From assembly GCA_965219085.1 (NCBI GenBank), contig OZ244720.1:544001-608000 (forward strand): a stretch of DNA of 64,000 nt. The letters run 5' to 3'. The position numbers and the translations under genes are program-made. The stretch comes from Dehalococcoidia bacterium (GTDB lineage: Bacteria > Chloroflexota > Dehalococcoidia > UBA2979). Numbering within the stretch: position 1 is the first letter of the stretch; every line of letters begins with the position of its first letter. Positions 1 to 10,265 of this stretch are shown here, piece after piece. The notes below the pieces were generated by a model. That model saw nothing but the letters and a program-made list of their open reading frames with translations. It did not search any database and was not told the DNA's origin.

Positions 1-40
1 GCTCACGCTCGAGGTCCCGGCGGCTGCGCTGGCGCCTGTG

Positions 41-817
41 TCACCACAGCGGCATCTCCCGGTCCACGCGCTCGACGCCGGTGGCGAGGCCGCTGGCGGG
101 GTCGATCTCGATCAGCACGGAGTTGAACACGCCCGTGTCGCCCTCGGCGACCGGGAGGCGCGTGGGCATGCTGGTCACGAAGCGGCGGATCACCGAGTGC
201 ACATCGTCGCCGATCACCGAGTCGAGCACGCCGACCATGCCGAGGTCGCCGACGGCGGCGGTGCCGCCCGGCAGCACGCGCGCATCGGCGGTGGGGACGT
301 GCGTGTGCGTGCCGACGACCGCCGAGACGCGGCCATCGAGGTACCACGAGAGCGCCTGCTTCTCACTGGAGGCCTCGGCGTGGAAGTCGACGACGACGCT
401 GCTCCCGGGCGGTATCTCGTCGAGCAGCTCGTCGGCGACGCGGAACGGGTCGTCGACGGGGGCGGGCATGAAGACGCGGCCCATGAGGCTGATGACGGTC
501 AGGTTCTGGTGGTGGAACACGCCCCGGCCGGGAACTTCCCGCGGATAGTTGGCGGGCCGCAGCACGGGCCAGTCGCGGTCGAGCATCGGCACGAACTCGC
601 GGATGTCGAAGATGTGATTGCCCGACGTGATCACGTCGACGCCGGCCTCGAACAGCTCGTTGGCGGTGCGCTCGGTGAGGCCGCGGCCGCGCGCGGCGTT
701 CTCGCCGTTGGCGATGACGTGGTCGATGCGCAGCGTGTTGCGGAGTTCGGGCAGCACCGCGCCCACGGCGTCGCGCCCCGGCCGGCCGACGATGTCGCCG
801 ACCATCAGGACGCGCAT
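41..817 (-). CDS. ymdB: TIGR00282/YmdB family metallophosphoesterase
   Basis: GDIVG, ANGENAA, TSGNH, DFHAEASSEK, GTHTHVPTAD motifs; directly downstream of rny (conserved synteny). Confidence 0.93.
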   Translation of the reverse strand: MRVLMVGDIVGRPGRDAVGAVLPELRNTLRIDHVIANGENAARGRGLTERTANELFEAGVDVITSGNHIFDIREFVPMLDRDWPVLRPANYPREVPGRGVFHHQNLTVISLMGRVFMPAPVDDPFRVADELLDEIPPGSSVVVDFHAEASSEKQALSWYLDGRVSAVVGTHTHVPTADARVLPGGTAAVGDLGMVGVLDSVIGDDVHSVIRRFVTSMPTRLPVAEGDTGVFNSVLIEIDPASGLATGVERVDREMPLW

Positions 818-819
818 GA

Positions 820-2373
820 TCAGCGCGCGACCGAGGTGGCGCGCGTCTCCCGCACAACCGTGACCTTGATCTGGCCCGGGTACTGCAACGTCTCCTCGAT
901 CTTCTTCGAGACGTCGCGGGCGAGGCGCGTGGCGGCGAGGTCGTCGACGCGCTCGGGCTGGACGAGCACGCGCACCTCGCGTCCGGCCTGGATCGCGAAC
1001 GAGTGGTCGACGCCCTCGAACGAGTTGGCCACGTCCTCGAGCGCCTCGAGGCGCTTCACGTACTGCTCGATGGAGTCGCGGCGGGCGCCGGGGCGGCTGC
1101 CGGACACGGCGTCGGCGATGATGACGATGAGCGCCTCGGTGGTCTCAGGCTGGATCTCCTCGTGGTGGGCGGCGATGCAGTGCACGATGTCACCCTCGAC
1201 GCCGAAGCGGCGCGCGATCTCCGCGCCGAGGGCGGCGTGCGTGCCCTCCATCTCGCGGTCCACGGCCTTGCCGAGGTCGTGGAGCAGCCCGCCGATGCGC
1301 ACTGTCTCGACATCGGCGCCGAGCTCGTGCGCGAGGGCGACCGCCAGCCACGACGTCTCGATGCAGTGACGCAGCTGGTTCTGACCGTACGAGTAGCGGA
1401 ACCGCAGCTTGCCCAGCGTCTTCACGACCTCCGGGTGCAGCGTCGCGACCTCGGCGTCGACGAGCGCCTGCTCGCCGGCCTCGACGACCATACGCTCGAC
1501 CTCGTCCTGGGCCTTGCTGACGGCTTCCTCGATGCGGCTGGGCTGGATGCGCCCGTCCTGCACGAGGCGTGCGAGGGCGACACGGGCGATCTCGCGCCGC
1601 ACCGGCTCGAAGCCGACGACGGTGACCATCTCGGGCGTGTCGTCGATGAGCAGGTCGCAGCCGGTCGCGGCCTCGAAGGCGCGGATGTTGCGGCCCTCGC
1701 GGCCGATGATGCGGCCCTTGAGGTCGTCGGAGGGGATGGGCACGACGGAGACGGTGGCTTCGGCCGTGATCTCCGAGGTCATGCGTTGCATCACCGTGGC
1801 GAGGATCTTGCGCGAGCGCATGTCCGCCTCGGCGCGGGTGGCGGCCTCCATCGTGCGGACGCGGCGCGCGGACTCCTCGCGCAGTTCGTCGTCGAGGCGG
1901 ACGAGCAGGAGGTCGCGCGCCTCGTCGGCGCTCATGCCCGCGATGCGCTCGAGCTCGTCGCGCAGGCGTCCGCGGTCCGCCTGGAACGCTTCGGTCTCCT
2001 GCCTGAGTGTGTTCTCGCGGCCGTCCAGGTCGCCGGCGCGGTTGCGCAGGGACTGTTCGCTGTGCTCGAGGCCTTCGGCGCGCCGCTCCAGCGACTCCTC
2101 GCGCTGCTCGAGACGGCGCTCGACGCGCGTTGCCTCTTGGCGCTGCTCGCGCAGTTCGTCGTCGATCTCCTCGCGGTAGCGGATGGCGCTCTGCTGGGCG
2201 ACGAGCTCGATCTCGCGCGCGCGGCTCTCGGCCTGCTCGCGCACGAGGTCGGCGGCCTCGCTCGCGCGGCGGCGCATGTCACGCGCGGCGATGCCGAGCA
2301 CCGCGTAGCCGAGGAACGCGCCCCCGACGAGCGCGATCACGCCCACGAGGGCGCTCAGCGCGATTGCCTCCAT
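820..2373 (-). CDS. rny: Ribonuclease Y
   Basis: N-terminal TM helix from MEAIALSALVG (ATG at 2373, in frame with track ORF 820..2700), coiled coil, KH motif KGRIIGREGRNIR, HD motif LLHDLGK, C-terminal YPGQIKVTVVRETRA. Confidence 0.95.
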   Translation of the reverse strand: MEAIALSALVGVIALVGGAFLGYAVLGIAARDMRRRASEAADLVREQAESRAREIELVAQQSAIRYREEIDDELREQRQEATRVERRLEQREESLERRAEGLEHSEQSLRNRAGDLDGRENTLRQETEAFQADRGRLRDELERIAGMSADEARDLLLVRLDDELREESARRVRTMEAATRAEADMRSRKILATVMQRMTSEITAEATVSVVPIPSDDLKGRIIGREGRNIRAFEAATGCDLLIDDTPEMVTVVGFEPVRREIARVALARLVQDGRIQPSRIEEAVSKAQDEVERMVVEAGEQALVDAEVATLHPEVVKTLGKLRFRYSYGQNQLRHCIETSWLAVALAHELGADVETVRIGGLLHDLGKAVDREMEGTHAALGAEIARRFGVEGDIVHCIAAHHEEIQPETTEALIVIIADAVSGSRPGARRDSIEQYVKRLEALEDVANSFEGVDHSFAIQAGREVRVLVQPERVDDLAATRLARDVSKKIEETLQYPGQIKVTVVRETRATSVAR

Positions 2374-2560
2374 GTTGGGGCCTCGATTCGAGACCCGCGC
2401 CGCCGCCTGAGCGGGTCGCGGGTGGCAGTCGTTGTATGGCCGGCGCCCGGTACGAGTCTGAGTGCCGGTTCCCGACCGACAGTTTAGCATTGCGTGGCGC
2501 GCGGGGGCGACCGCCGCCGGGACACCTCGGGCGCCCGGAGCGGTTCCGCAGAGGCCCCGC

Positions 2561-3079
2561 TCAGTCGGCCAGGGCGAACGCCGTCTGCTGCTCCGCGAGC
2601 CTCGACAGCGCCCGCTCGATGGTGTCACGGCGGAACCCGCGGCGGGCGAGCGCGGCACGGAGGCGGCGGTCCCGCGCACCCGGAGCGCGGCCACGGCCAC
2701 TGCGACCGAGGCGACGGGCTGCGGCGACCGCCGCCGCGTCGTCGTCGTGTGCGAGGAGCGCTACGGCTGCCGTGTCCGCCTCGATGCCGTGGTCGCGGAG
2801 CTCGACCTGCAACATGCGCGCGCTGCGCTCGGTGGAGCGGGTGCGCGCGACGTAGCCGGCCGCCCAGGCGTCGTCGTCGACATAACCGAGGTCGGTCAGC
2901 CGAGCGATGGCGGCCCCGACAGCTGCCTCGTCGAACCGGTCGCCGAGGCGATCAAGCAGGTCGGCGGCGGTACGCGGTCGCTGCGCGATCAGCGCCAGGC
3001 CGCGCTGCACGGCCAGCGAGGCGTCCGTTTCGAGGACGCTCGCTGGCTCGGGCGGGCGCAGGTGGCGCCGGCGTGGCAC
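2561..3079 (-). CDS. recX: Regulatory protein RecX
   Basis: Immediately downstream of recA; RLTDLGYVDD, ELRDHGI, LARRGF helical repeats. Exact start uncertain. Confidence 0.85.
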   Translation of the reverse strand: MPRRRHLRPPEPASVLETDASLAVQRGLALIAQRPRTAADLLDRLGDRFDEAAVGAAIARLTDLGYVDDDAWAAGYVARTRSTERSARMLQVELRDHGIEADTAAVALLAHDDDAAAVAAARRLGRSGRGRAPGARDRRLRAALARRGFRRDTIERALSRLAEQQTAFALAD

Positions 3080-3082
3080 GTG

Positions 3083-4246
3083 CTACGCGTCGAGCGGGAG
3101 TTCGCCGGAGGCGGACGGCTTGTCGTCGGATGCAGCGGGCCCGGCCGTGAGCGCCTCGGCCTCCGCGACCGCCTGCGTCGCGTCGCCCGGGTCGGGGACG
3201 CCGGCGGCGGCGCGTACGGCGGTCTCGATGTCGGCGGCGACGTCGGGGTGTTCACGAAGGTAGGCCTTGGAGGCCTCGCGGCCCTGGCCGAGGCGCTGGT
3301 CGCCGAGGGAGTAGTAGGCGCCGAGCTTCGTGACGATCTCGTACTCGACGGCGAGGTCGAGGATGTTGCCGATGCGGCTGATGCCGTGTTCCTCGGGCGT
3401 GAACATGATCTCGAACTCGGCCTGGCGGAACGGTGGGGCGGTCTTGTTCTTGACCACCTTGCAGCGCACGCGGTTGCCGATGATGTTCTGCCCCTGCTTG
3501 AGCGACTCGATGCGGCGGATGTCGATGCGCACCGAGGAGTAGAACTTGAGCGCGCGCCCGCCGGGGGTGGTCTCGGGGTTGCCGAAGACCACGCCGATCT
3601 TCTCGCGCAGCTGGTTGATGAAGACGAGGGCGGTATTGGAGCGGGCAACGGCGCCGGTGAGCTTGCGCAGGGCCTGCGACATGAGCCGCGCCTGCAGGCC
3701 CGGCAGCGAGTCGCCCATGTCGCCCTCGATCTCCGCGCGCGGCACGAGCGCGGCGACGGAGTCCACTACGACGATATCGACGGCGTTGGAGCGAATCAGG
3801 GCTTCGCAAATCTCGAGGGCCTGCTCGCCGGTATCAGGCTGGGAGATGAGCAACTCGTCGACGTCGATGCCGCACTGCGCGGCGTACTCGGGGTCGAGCG
3901 CGTGCTCGACGTCGATGTAGGCGGTGGTGCCTCCGAGGCGCTGGCCCTCGGCGATGATGTGCTGGGCGAGCGTGGACTTTCCGGCCGACTCGGGCCCGAA
4001 GATCTCGGTGACGCGGCCGCGCGGGATGCCGCCGATACCGAGCGCGATGTCCAGCCCGAGCGCGCCGGTGGGGATAGCCGAGACGTTGGCAACGGCGCCG
4101 TCGTCGCCGAGGCGCATGATCGCGCCCTTGCCGAAGTCCTTCGTGATCTGTTCGAGTGCGCGGTTGAGGTCGTCGGTGCGGCGTTGCTCGGGATTGTTGG
4201 ACTGTTTGCGGCTGGGCTGCTTGCCACTGGGCTGCTTGGAGGCCAC
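3083..4246 (-). CDS. recA: Recombinase RecA
   Basis: GPESAGKST Walker [40 protein letters not shown]. Confidence 0.98.
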   Translation of the reverse strand: MASKQPSGKQPSRKQSNNPEQRRTDDLNRALEQITKDFGKGAIMRLGDDGAVANVSAIPTGALGLDIALGIGGIPRGRVTEIFGPESAGKSTLAQHIIAEGQRLGGTTAYIDVEHALDPEYAAQCGIDVDELLISQPDTGEQALEICEALIRSNAVDIVVVDSVAALVPRAEIEGDMGDSLPGLQARLMSQALRKLTGAVARSNTALVFINQLREKIGVVFGNPETTPGGRALKFYSSVRIDIRRIESLKQGQNIIGNRVRCKVVKNKTAPPFRQAEFEIMFTPEEHGISRIGNILDLAVEYEIVTKLGAYYSLGDQRLGQGREASKAYLREHPDVAADIETAVRAAAGVPDPGDATQAVAEAEALTAGPAASDDKPSASGELPLDA

Positions 4247-4281
4247 GGGCGGGTCCCTTCGTGGACGGGGGCGACGTGGGG

Positions 4282-4310
4282 ACGATAGAACGAGCGTTCG
4301 TATAGGTCAA
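4282..4310 (-). promoter_or_regulatory. recA sigma70-type promoter with LexA (SOS) box in the spacer
   Basis: Minus strand TTGACC (4310-4305), 17 bp, TATCGT (4287-4282); GAAC-N4-GTTC palindrome at 4288-4299 matches the Gram-positive/Chloroflexota LexA consensus. Confidence 0.85.
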
Positions 4311-4351
4311 CCCCCCGGTCCGGGAGTGCTGAGCGAGGGTCTCGGAGAGCC

Positions 4352-4579
4352 CTACGACCCCAGGTCGTAGATCACGCTGTCGATGTCATCGACGGGGTCG
4401 ACGTCGACGAGGGAGCCGACCAACTCGTCGAGGGGGTCGGGTGAGTCGACGAAGTAATGGGGGAGAAAGGCTCGGACTGCGTCGCGCACGATCGCGGAGC
4501 GCGACGTGCCGAGCCGGGCAGCCTCGGCCGAGAGAGCCTCGTAGATGTCGTCGTCCACGTAGAACTGGGTACGTCGCAT
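4352..4579 (-). CDS. Ribbon-helix-helix (CopG/VapB-like) protein, no adjacent toxin
   Basis: MRRTQFYVDD...AARLGTSRSAIVRDAV RHH pattern with an acidic tail; ATG at 4579. Confidence 0.72.
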   Translation of the reverse strand: MRRTQFYVDDDIYEALSAEAARLGTSRSAIVRDAVRAFLPHYFVDSPDPLDELVGSLVDVDPVDDIDSVIYDLGS

Positions 4580-4633
4580 CGGTTCCAGCCGTCCGTCGCT
4601 GGATTCAGCATGCAACAACGAAGCGGGATGCGG

Positions 4634-6787
4634 CTACTCCGCAGCCGCAGCCGCCACGCCGTTGAGTTCGTCCACCACCGCCAGCAGGTCGCCCACGCGG
4701 TAGAAGTTCACCGCCACGAGGTTCGGGAGCTGGCCACGTTCCGCCTCGCACTCACGCAGCCGCGGCAGCAGCACGTCACGCGCGTTCAGCAACTCGGCGT
4801 CCCCGGGCGAGGGCGAGATGTCCTCGATCCAGTGGTTCACGAGGAACAGTGATGCGTCGGCAGGCCCGCGGTTGCGCTCGCAGCTGAGGTCGTCGACGGA
4901 ATGGAACCGGAACGGCGTCTCCTGCACCACCTCGAACCCTCGATGCAGCCACGGGACGGGCGCGTCCGGCGCGTTCTCCGTCATCACGACCAGCCGCTCG
5001 TTGCGTTCGATGAGTTCGCCGAGGGTCGGCCACGGCGCGGCGACGCCGGGGTGCGCGTAGGCGTAGCGGTCGAGGCCGGCCTCCTCGAACGCCGCGGCGA
5101 TGTCGGCTGCGGGCGCCTCGTCCTGGATGAACACGATCAGCACCTCGGCCGGGTTGGTCACGAGGAAGCGACGGATCGCGTCGAGGCCATCGCGCAGCGG
5201 GGTCGCGCCCAGCTCGCAGAAGCCGTGGCAGAGGTACAGTTCACGGCCGCTCGTCGGGCCGAGCCGCGCGGCGATGCGCTCGCGCGTCTCGACGGCCTCG
5301 ATGCCGTAGCGCTCGACCATCACGTCGCGGTCGCCGCCGAGCAGCTCGGTGGAGACGCCGTTGCGGGCTGGCGAGCCGAACCAGACATCGATGAGGAGGC
5401 CGCGGATGCCGTGGTCGAGCTGCTCGGCGATGTCGTCGCGGTGGGTGGCGAAGAACCAGCCCTCGGAGGCCGCGGACATCGAGTTGTGCGTGGCGGCGAA
5501 GGCCACTTCGTTGAGCGGCCGGTTGCAGAGCTCGGCATGGCCGTTGCAGACGCGCAGTGCGGCTTCGGTGTCGCGGTCGTCGCCGCCGAGGACGCCGAGG
5601 CCGGAGAGCAGGACCACGATGGTGACGACACCGGCGACGAGCAGGGCCGCCACTGCGGCGACGCGCACGGCGGGTGAGAGCCGCGGTCGAGGCGCGGCCG
5701 AGGCGGCCGCGCGGGCAAGGTCCTCGGCGGTGGTGGCGCGCTCGACCCAGAGCAGGCGGATCAGCTCGGCCAGCCCGAGGTAGACGGCCGCGAGGCCGAG
5801 GAGCGCGACGGTGATCTCGATGAGGTCCCGCGGGCTCACGAGTGCGGCCCAGCCGACGAAGACCGCGATGACGGCACGCACCAGCCGTCCGGCGTTCGAG
5901 CCGGGCGCGGTCATGAGTCGCCAGAACCGTTCGGGGGCCTGCGAGGGGCTGAACCCGGCGAACCACGGACTCGCCGCCGTCGCCATCACGGCCCCGCCGG
6001 CCGCAATCGTGACGTTCCACGACCGCAGGTCGCCGAGGAAGGCGTCCCACACGCCCTCGACGGCCGCGCCGGGGCGCCCACCACCGACGAGGGCGGCGAG
6101 CGCGGCCCTCGTGACGTCGAGGAGCACGATCGTCAGTACCGCGACGATGACCAGCGCGATGCCGATGCGCATCACGGCGCGCCGTCGCCCTCGCGCGATC
6201 CCCCACGAGGCCACGAACGCGGCGACCGCGAGCAGCGGCAACACCAGCGAGAGGATGCGCACGCGCTCAGAGACCGTGAGCAGGTCGTGGAGGTAGTCGG
6301 AATCGGCGATCTGGAGTACCTCGGTATCCAGGTCCGGGATCGACTCGGCGAGCTCGGGGTTGAAGTTCGCGAGCGTGGGCTTCACGACGACGGACGCGTC
6401 GACGATCTGGAGCACGATGGGGTCTTCGGAGAACAGCGTGCGGTGCGTCTCTCGCAGCGCGGTCTCGTAGAGCTGCCCGAACGCAGCGCTGCCGATGACG
6501 GCCTGCACGGCCGCCTCGATGAGTGGTCGGGCCGCGATCAGGTCGGGCGAGCCCTCCTCGATGAGCCCGTCGACGATGACTGCCGAGACGTACTCCTGCA
6601 CGTCCTCGTCGTCGAGGGCGCGCACGGCGCGCTGGCTGAAGCCATCGGCGTCGAACAGCACCTCGTCGGCCCAGAGTACCCACTCGGCGGCGACGAGCAG
6701 CAGCGCGCCCGCCACGAGCAGCAGCCACGACGCGACGGGGCGAGGCGCGCTTCGCGTGCGTCGTAGCGCCTCGCCGGCGCGGCTCAC
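4634..6787 (-). CDS. Multi-pass membrane protein with C-terminal PI-PLC-like phosphodiesterase domain
   Basis: Several TM helices, then CNGHAELC...ATHNS, QLDHGIRGLLID, YLCHGFCELG, LVNHW, PNLVAVNFY. Confidence 0.75.
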   Translation of the reverse strand: MSRAGEALRRTRSAPRPVASWLLLVAGALLLVAAEWVLWADEVLFDADGFSQRAVRALDDEDVQEYVSAVIVDGLIEEGSPDLIAARPLIEAAVQAVIGSAAFGQLYETALRETHRTLFSEDPIVLQIVDASVVVKPTLANFNPELAESIPDLDTEVLQIADSDYLHDLLTVSERVRILSLVLPLLAVAAFVASWGIARGRRRAVMRIGIALVIVAVLTIVLLDVTRAALAALVGGGRPGAAVEGVWDAFLGDLRSWNVTIAAGGAVMATAASPWFAGFSPSQAPERFWRLMTAPGSNAGRLVRAVIAVFVGWAALVSPRDLIEITVALLGLAAVYLGLAELIRLLWVERATTAEDLARAAASAAPRPRLSPAVRVAAVAALLVAGVVTIVVLLSGLGVLGGDDRDTEAALRVCNGHAELCNRPLNEVAFAATHNSMSAASEGWFFATHRDDIAEQLDHGIRGLLIDVWFGSPARNGVSTELLGGDRDVMVERYGIEAVETRERIAARLGPTSGRELYLCHGFCELGATPLRDGLDAIRRFLVTNPAEVLIVFIQDEAPAADIAAAFEEAGLDRYAYAHPGVAAPWPTLGELIERNERLVVMTENAPDAPVPWLHRGFEVVQETPFRFHSVDDLSCERNRGPADASLFLVNHWIEDISPSPGDAELLNARDVLLPRLRECEAERGQLPNLVAVNFYRVGDLLAVVDELNGVAAAAAE

Positions 6788-6860
6788 GGCCGTGCGGCTC
6801 GCATCGGGCTAGTAGAAGCGGCCGCAGCGTCAGTCACGGCGAGGCGACCTCGTGCCCGCA

Positions 6861-7742
6861 TCAGCCGGACGTGCCGTACGCCTCTGCGAACGCGGTCATC
6901 GCGTCGATGTGCTGCTGCGGCGTGCGCAGCCCGGCGTTCATGCCGTTGAAGGTCGCGTGGGTCGCGCCCAGTTCCTCCCAGCCGCGCGCCTCGGCCACCT
7001 GCTCCTCGATCGGCCCTGTGGCGGCCGCGGCGCGTCCGATGAGGGCGATGGCGTCGGGGTCGCGACCGGCATCGCGGGCGTGCTGGCGGATCCGTTCGAG
7101 GGGCGGCAGGACGGTCGCGCGTAGCTCCTCGGGCGAACCGCCGACATTCGTCAGCCAGCCGTCGCCGTACTGCCCGATGCGGCGCAGCACACTGTCGGCG
7201 CCACCGCCGAACCAGATGGGGATGCGCCGCTCCGGACGGGGGTGGATGCCGGCATCGCGGATGGTGTCGAACTCGCCCTCGAAGGTGACCAGGGGCTGCT
7301 CCCAGAGCTGGCGGATGAGCTGCACCTGCTCCTCCGAGCGGCGGCCACGCGTGCGGAAGTCCTGCCCGAGACCCTCGTACTCGACGTGGTTCCAGCCGAT
7401 GCCGACGCCGAGGGTGAGCCGGCCGCCCGAGAGGACGTCGACCTCCGCGGCCTGCTTCGCGACGAGCGCCGTCTGGCGCTGCGGCAGGATGATGATCGCC
7501 GTCACCAGCTGGATGCGCTCGGTCAGCCCGGCCATGTAGCCGAAGAGCACGAACGGTTCGTGGAACAGCGACTCGTGGGTGTAGGGGCCTCCGAGCTGGT
7601 GCTTCGAGGGGTCGGCGCCGAGCACGTGGTCGTAGGCGACGAGGTAGTCATAACCCGCACCCTCGGCGGCCTGGGCGAAGTCCCGGATGGCGCCCGGGTC
7701 GGTGACGAACTCGTTCTGTGGGAAGGTCGTGCCGATCTGCAT
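6861..7742 (-). CDS. LLM-class (probably F420-dependent) oxidoreductase
   Basis: AYDHVLG, HEPFVLFGYMA, AKQAAEVDVLSGGRLTLGVGIGWNHVEY, IPIWFGG. Confidence 0.9.
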   Translation of the reverse strand: MQIGTTFPQNEFVTDPGAIRDFAQAAEGAGYDYLVAYDHVLGADPSKHQLGGPYTHESLFHEPFVLFGYMAGLTERIQLVTAIIILPQRQTALVAKQAAEVDVLSGGRLTLGVGIGWNHVEYEGLGQDFRTRGRRSEEQVQLIRQLWEQPLVTFEGEFDTIRDAGIHPRPERRIPIWFGGGADSVLRRIGQYGDGWLTNVGGSPEELRATVLPPLERIRQHARDAGRDPDAIALIGRAAAATGPIEEQVAEARGWEELGATHATFNGMNAGLRTPQQHIDAMTAFAEAYGTSG

Positions 7743-7834
7743 ACGTGGCTCCTCACGATGGGTCGGGTCGGGGTTCGCTCATGCTATCGCCGCGCCACGT
7801 GCGGAGATAGCATCGGCGCCACCGAGGGGGAGCC

Positions 7835-8605
7835 GTGAGCGCGCTGCTCGAGGTCGAGGGGCTGATCAAGCGCTTCGGCGGCCACTACGCCGTCGACGGC
7901 GCGACGTTCGGCGTCGAACGCGGCTCCATTACCGGGATGATCGGCCCCAACGGCGCGGGCAAGACGACGTGCTTCAACTGCATCGCCGGCTCGCTCAGGC
8001 CCGACGGCGGGCGCGTGGTCTTCGACGGCGAGGACATCACCGGCCTGCCCTCGTACCGGGTGTTCCGCCGCGGGCTGACCCGGACGTTCCAGATCCCGCA
8101 GGAGCTGAGCGCGATGACCGTGCTCGAGAACCTGATGGTCGTGCCGGCCGGGCAGTCCGGCGAGCGGGTCGTCGACAGCTGGCTGCGCCCGTGGCGCGTC
8201 GCCGCGCAGGAGCGCGCGATCGCCGAGCGGGCGTTCGAGGTGCTCGCCGAGGTCGACCTCGCGCACGAGGTGCACAACTACGCGGGCAACCTCTCCGGCG
8301 GTCAGCGCAAGCTGCTGGAGCTGGCGCGCGCGCTCATGTCGAACCCGAGCATGATCCTGCTCGATGAGCCGAGCGCCGGCGTGAACCCGACGCTCACGCG
8401 TCGCCTCGTCGACCACATTCGAGGGCTCCGCGATCGGTTCGGGATCACGTTCTTCGTGATCGCGCACGACATGGACTTCATGATGCGGCTCTGCGAGCGG
8501 CTGATCGTGATGGCCGATGGTCGCGTGCTCGTCGACGGGGAGCCACTGGCTGTGCTCGAGGACGAGACCGTGCAGGCCGCCTACCTCGGGACGGTGACGC
8601 CGTGA
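7835..8605 (+). CDS. livG: Branched-chain amino acid-type ABC transporter ATPase (LivG-like)
   Basis: GPNGAGKTT, LTRTFQ, LSGGQRKLLELARAL, LLDEP. Confidence 0.88.
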   Translation: MSALLEVEGLIKRFGGHYAVDGATFGVERGSITGMIGPNGAGKTTCFNCIAGSLRPDGGRVVFDGEDITGLPSYRVFRRGLTRTFQIPQELSAMTVLENLMVVPAGQSGERVVDSWLRPWRVAAQERAIAERAFEVLAEVDLAHEVHNYAGNLSGGQRKLLELARALMSNPSMILLDEPSAGVNPTLTRRLVDHIRGLRDRFGITFFVIAHDMDFMMRLCERLIVMADGRVLVDGEPLAVLEDETVQAAYLGTVTP

Positions 8606-9348
8606 GCCCGTTGCTGGAGGCGGAGAACGTCACTGCGGGCTACGGCAGCGTGATGATCGTCCACGAGGTCTCGATCCAGCTCGAAGCGGGCGAGCTGGTG
8701 ACGATCATCGGGCCAAACGGGGCGGGCAAGTCCACGCTGCTGAAGGCGATCTTCGGCCTGCTGCCGATCAGCGCCGGCCTCGTGCGGCTAGGCGGAGACC
8801 TCGTGACGGATGAGGCGCCCTCGCGCATGGTGCGGCTCGGCGCCTCCTTCGTGCCGCAGACCGACAACGTGTTCCCGTCGCTGACGATCCGCGAGAACCT
8901 CGAGATGGGCGCCTACCAGCGTAGGCACGGCGTCGCCGAGCGCGTCGACGAAGTGCTCGAGCTGTTCCCGGAGCTCAATGAGCGCACCGGCGAGCAGGCG
9001 GCGCGGCTCTCCGGTGGGCAGCGGCAGGCGCTGGCGATCGCGCGGGCGCTGATGCTCGACCCGAAGGTGCTGCTCCTCGACGAGCCGACGGCCGCGCTTT
9101 CGCCGGTGCGGCGGCAGGAGATCTTCGGACGGCTGATGGCGATCCGCGAAGGTGGCGTGGCGCTGCTGATGGTGGAGCAGAACGCGCGCGAGGCACTCGC
9201 CATCTCCGACCGCGCCTACGTGCTCGTCGACGGCCGGAAGGCGCACGAGCAGCCGGGCCCGGAGATGCTCGCCAACCCCGAGGTCGGCCGCCTCTTCCTC
9301 GGCCTCGACAGTATCGAGGACGGCGAGATGGACGCGGGCGACGCGTGA
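8602..9348 (+). CDS. livF: ABC transporter ATPase (LivF-like)
   Basis: GPNGAGKST, LSGGQRQ, LLDEPT, VEQNA; 4-bp overlap with the previous gene. Confidence 0.88.
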   Translation: MSPLLEAENVTAGYGSVMIVHEVSIQLEAGELVTIIGPNGAGKSTLLKAIFGLLPISAGLVRLGGDLVTDEAPSRMVRLGASFVPQTDNVFPSLTIRENLEMGAYQRRHGVAERVDEVLELFPELNERTGEQAARLSGGQRQALAIARALMLDPKVLLLDEPTAALSPVRRQEIFGRLMAIREGGVALLMVEQNAREALAISDRAYVLVDGRKAHEQPGPEMLANPEVGRLFLGLDSIEDGEMDAGDA

Positions 9349-10265
9349 TGGACATCCTGCAGCTCGTGATCATCGGCATGGTCGTCGGCTCGATCATCGG
9401 GCTCGGCGCGATGGGGCTGACGCTGACGTTCGGGGTGCTGAAGTTCGCGAACTTCGCGCACGCGGACCTGATGACGCTGGGGATGTACCTCGCGTTCTTC
9501 GTGATCGTGGACCTCGGCTTCGTGGGCGGACGCGTCGAGCCGTTCTCGTTCGGCTGGGGGATGATTGCGGCGGTGCTCTTCGCGTGGGCCGGGGTTGCGG
9601 GCGTCTCGGTTGTCGCGGACCGATTCATCTTCCGTCCCCTGCGAGGGCGGGGGACAGACTTCCTGAGCATCGGGATCGCCTCGCTGGGCATCGCGATCGC
9701 GTTGCAGGCGGTCGTGCAGGCGATCTGGGGCTCGGCGCCGCTGCGTTACCACAGCGAGATCCACCAGGCGTGGACGTTCGCCGGAGGGCTCAAGATCAAG
9801 GCGGACCAGGTGCTCATCATTGGGCTCACGCTGGCGATGGCGATCGGCCTCTACCTGCTGCTGCATCGCACGCGCCTCGGGACCGCGATGCGCGCGACGT
9901 CCGACAACGCCCCGCTCGCCGAGGCGAGCGGCATCGACACGGAGCGCGTGCGCACCGCGACATGGATCATCGCGGGCGCCATGACGGCCGTGGCGGGCGT
10001 GATGTTCGCGCTGCAGTCGCAGCTGCGCTTCGATGCCGGGTTCGAGTTCCTGCTGCTGCCGATGTTCGCCGCGGTCATCCTCGGCGGCATCGGGAACCCG
10101 TGGGGCGCGCTCGCCGGCGGGCTCATCGTCGGCATCTCGCAGGAGCTGTCGACCGAGTGGATCAACACCGGGTTCAAGCCCGGCGTGCCGTTCGCGCTGC
10201 TGATCGTGATCCTGATCGTGCGCCCGCGCGGGCTCTTCGGGTCCGAAACGCAGTGGTCGACGTGA
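9345..10265 (+). CDS. livH: ABC transporter permease (LivH-like)
   Basis: GLTLTFGVLKFANFAHAD, TRLGTAMRA, AVILGGIGNPWGA, RPRGLFG. Confidence 0.88.
   Translation: MMDILQLVIIGMVVGSIIGLGAMGLTLTFGVLKFANFAHADLMTLGMYLAFFVIVDLGFVGGRVEPFSFGWGMIAAVLFAWAGVAGVSVVADRFIFRPLRGRGTDFLSIGIASLGIAIALQAVVQAIWGSAPLRYHSEIHQAWTFAGGLKIKADQVLIIGLTLAMAIGLYLLLHRTRLGTAMRATSDNAPLAEASGIDTERVRTATWIIAGAMTAVAGVMFALQSQLRFDAGFEFLLLPMFAAVILGGIGNPWGALAGGLIVGISQELSTEWINTGFKPGVPFALLIVILIVRPRGLFGSETQWST

Noticed and set aside
2374-2700. N-terminal extension of rny in the ORF track
   Set aside because: Overlaps recX and reads as low-complexity; the TM anchor starts at ATG 2373.
38-4288. Long plus-strand ORFs (38..1369, 1003..2487, 2462..4288)
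   Set aside because: Antisense shadows of ymdB, rny and recA, typical of high-GC DNA; no motifs.
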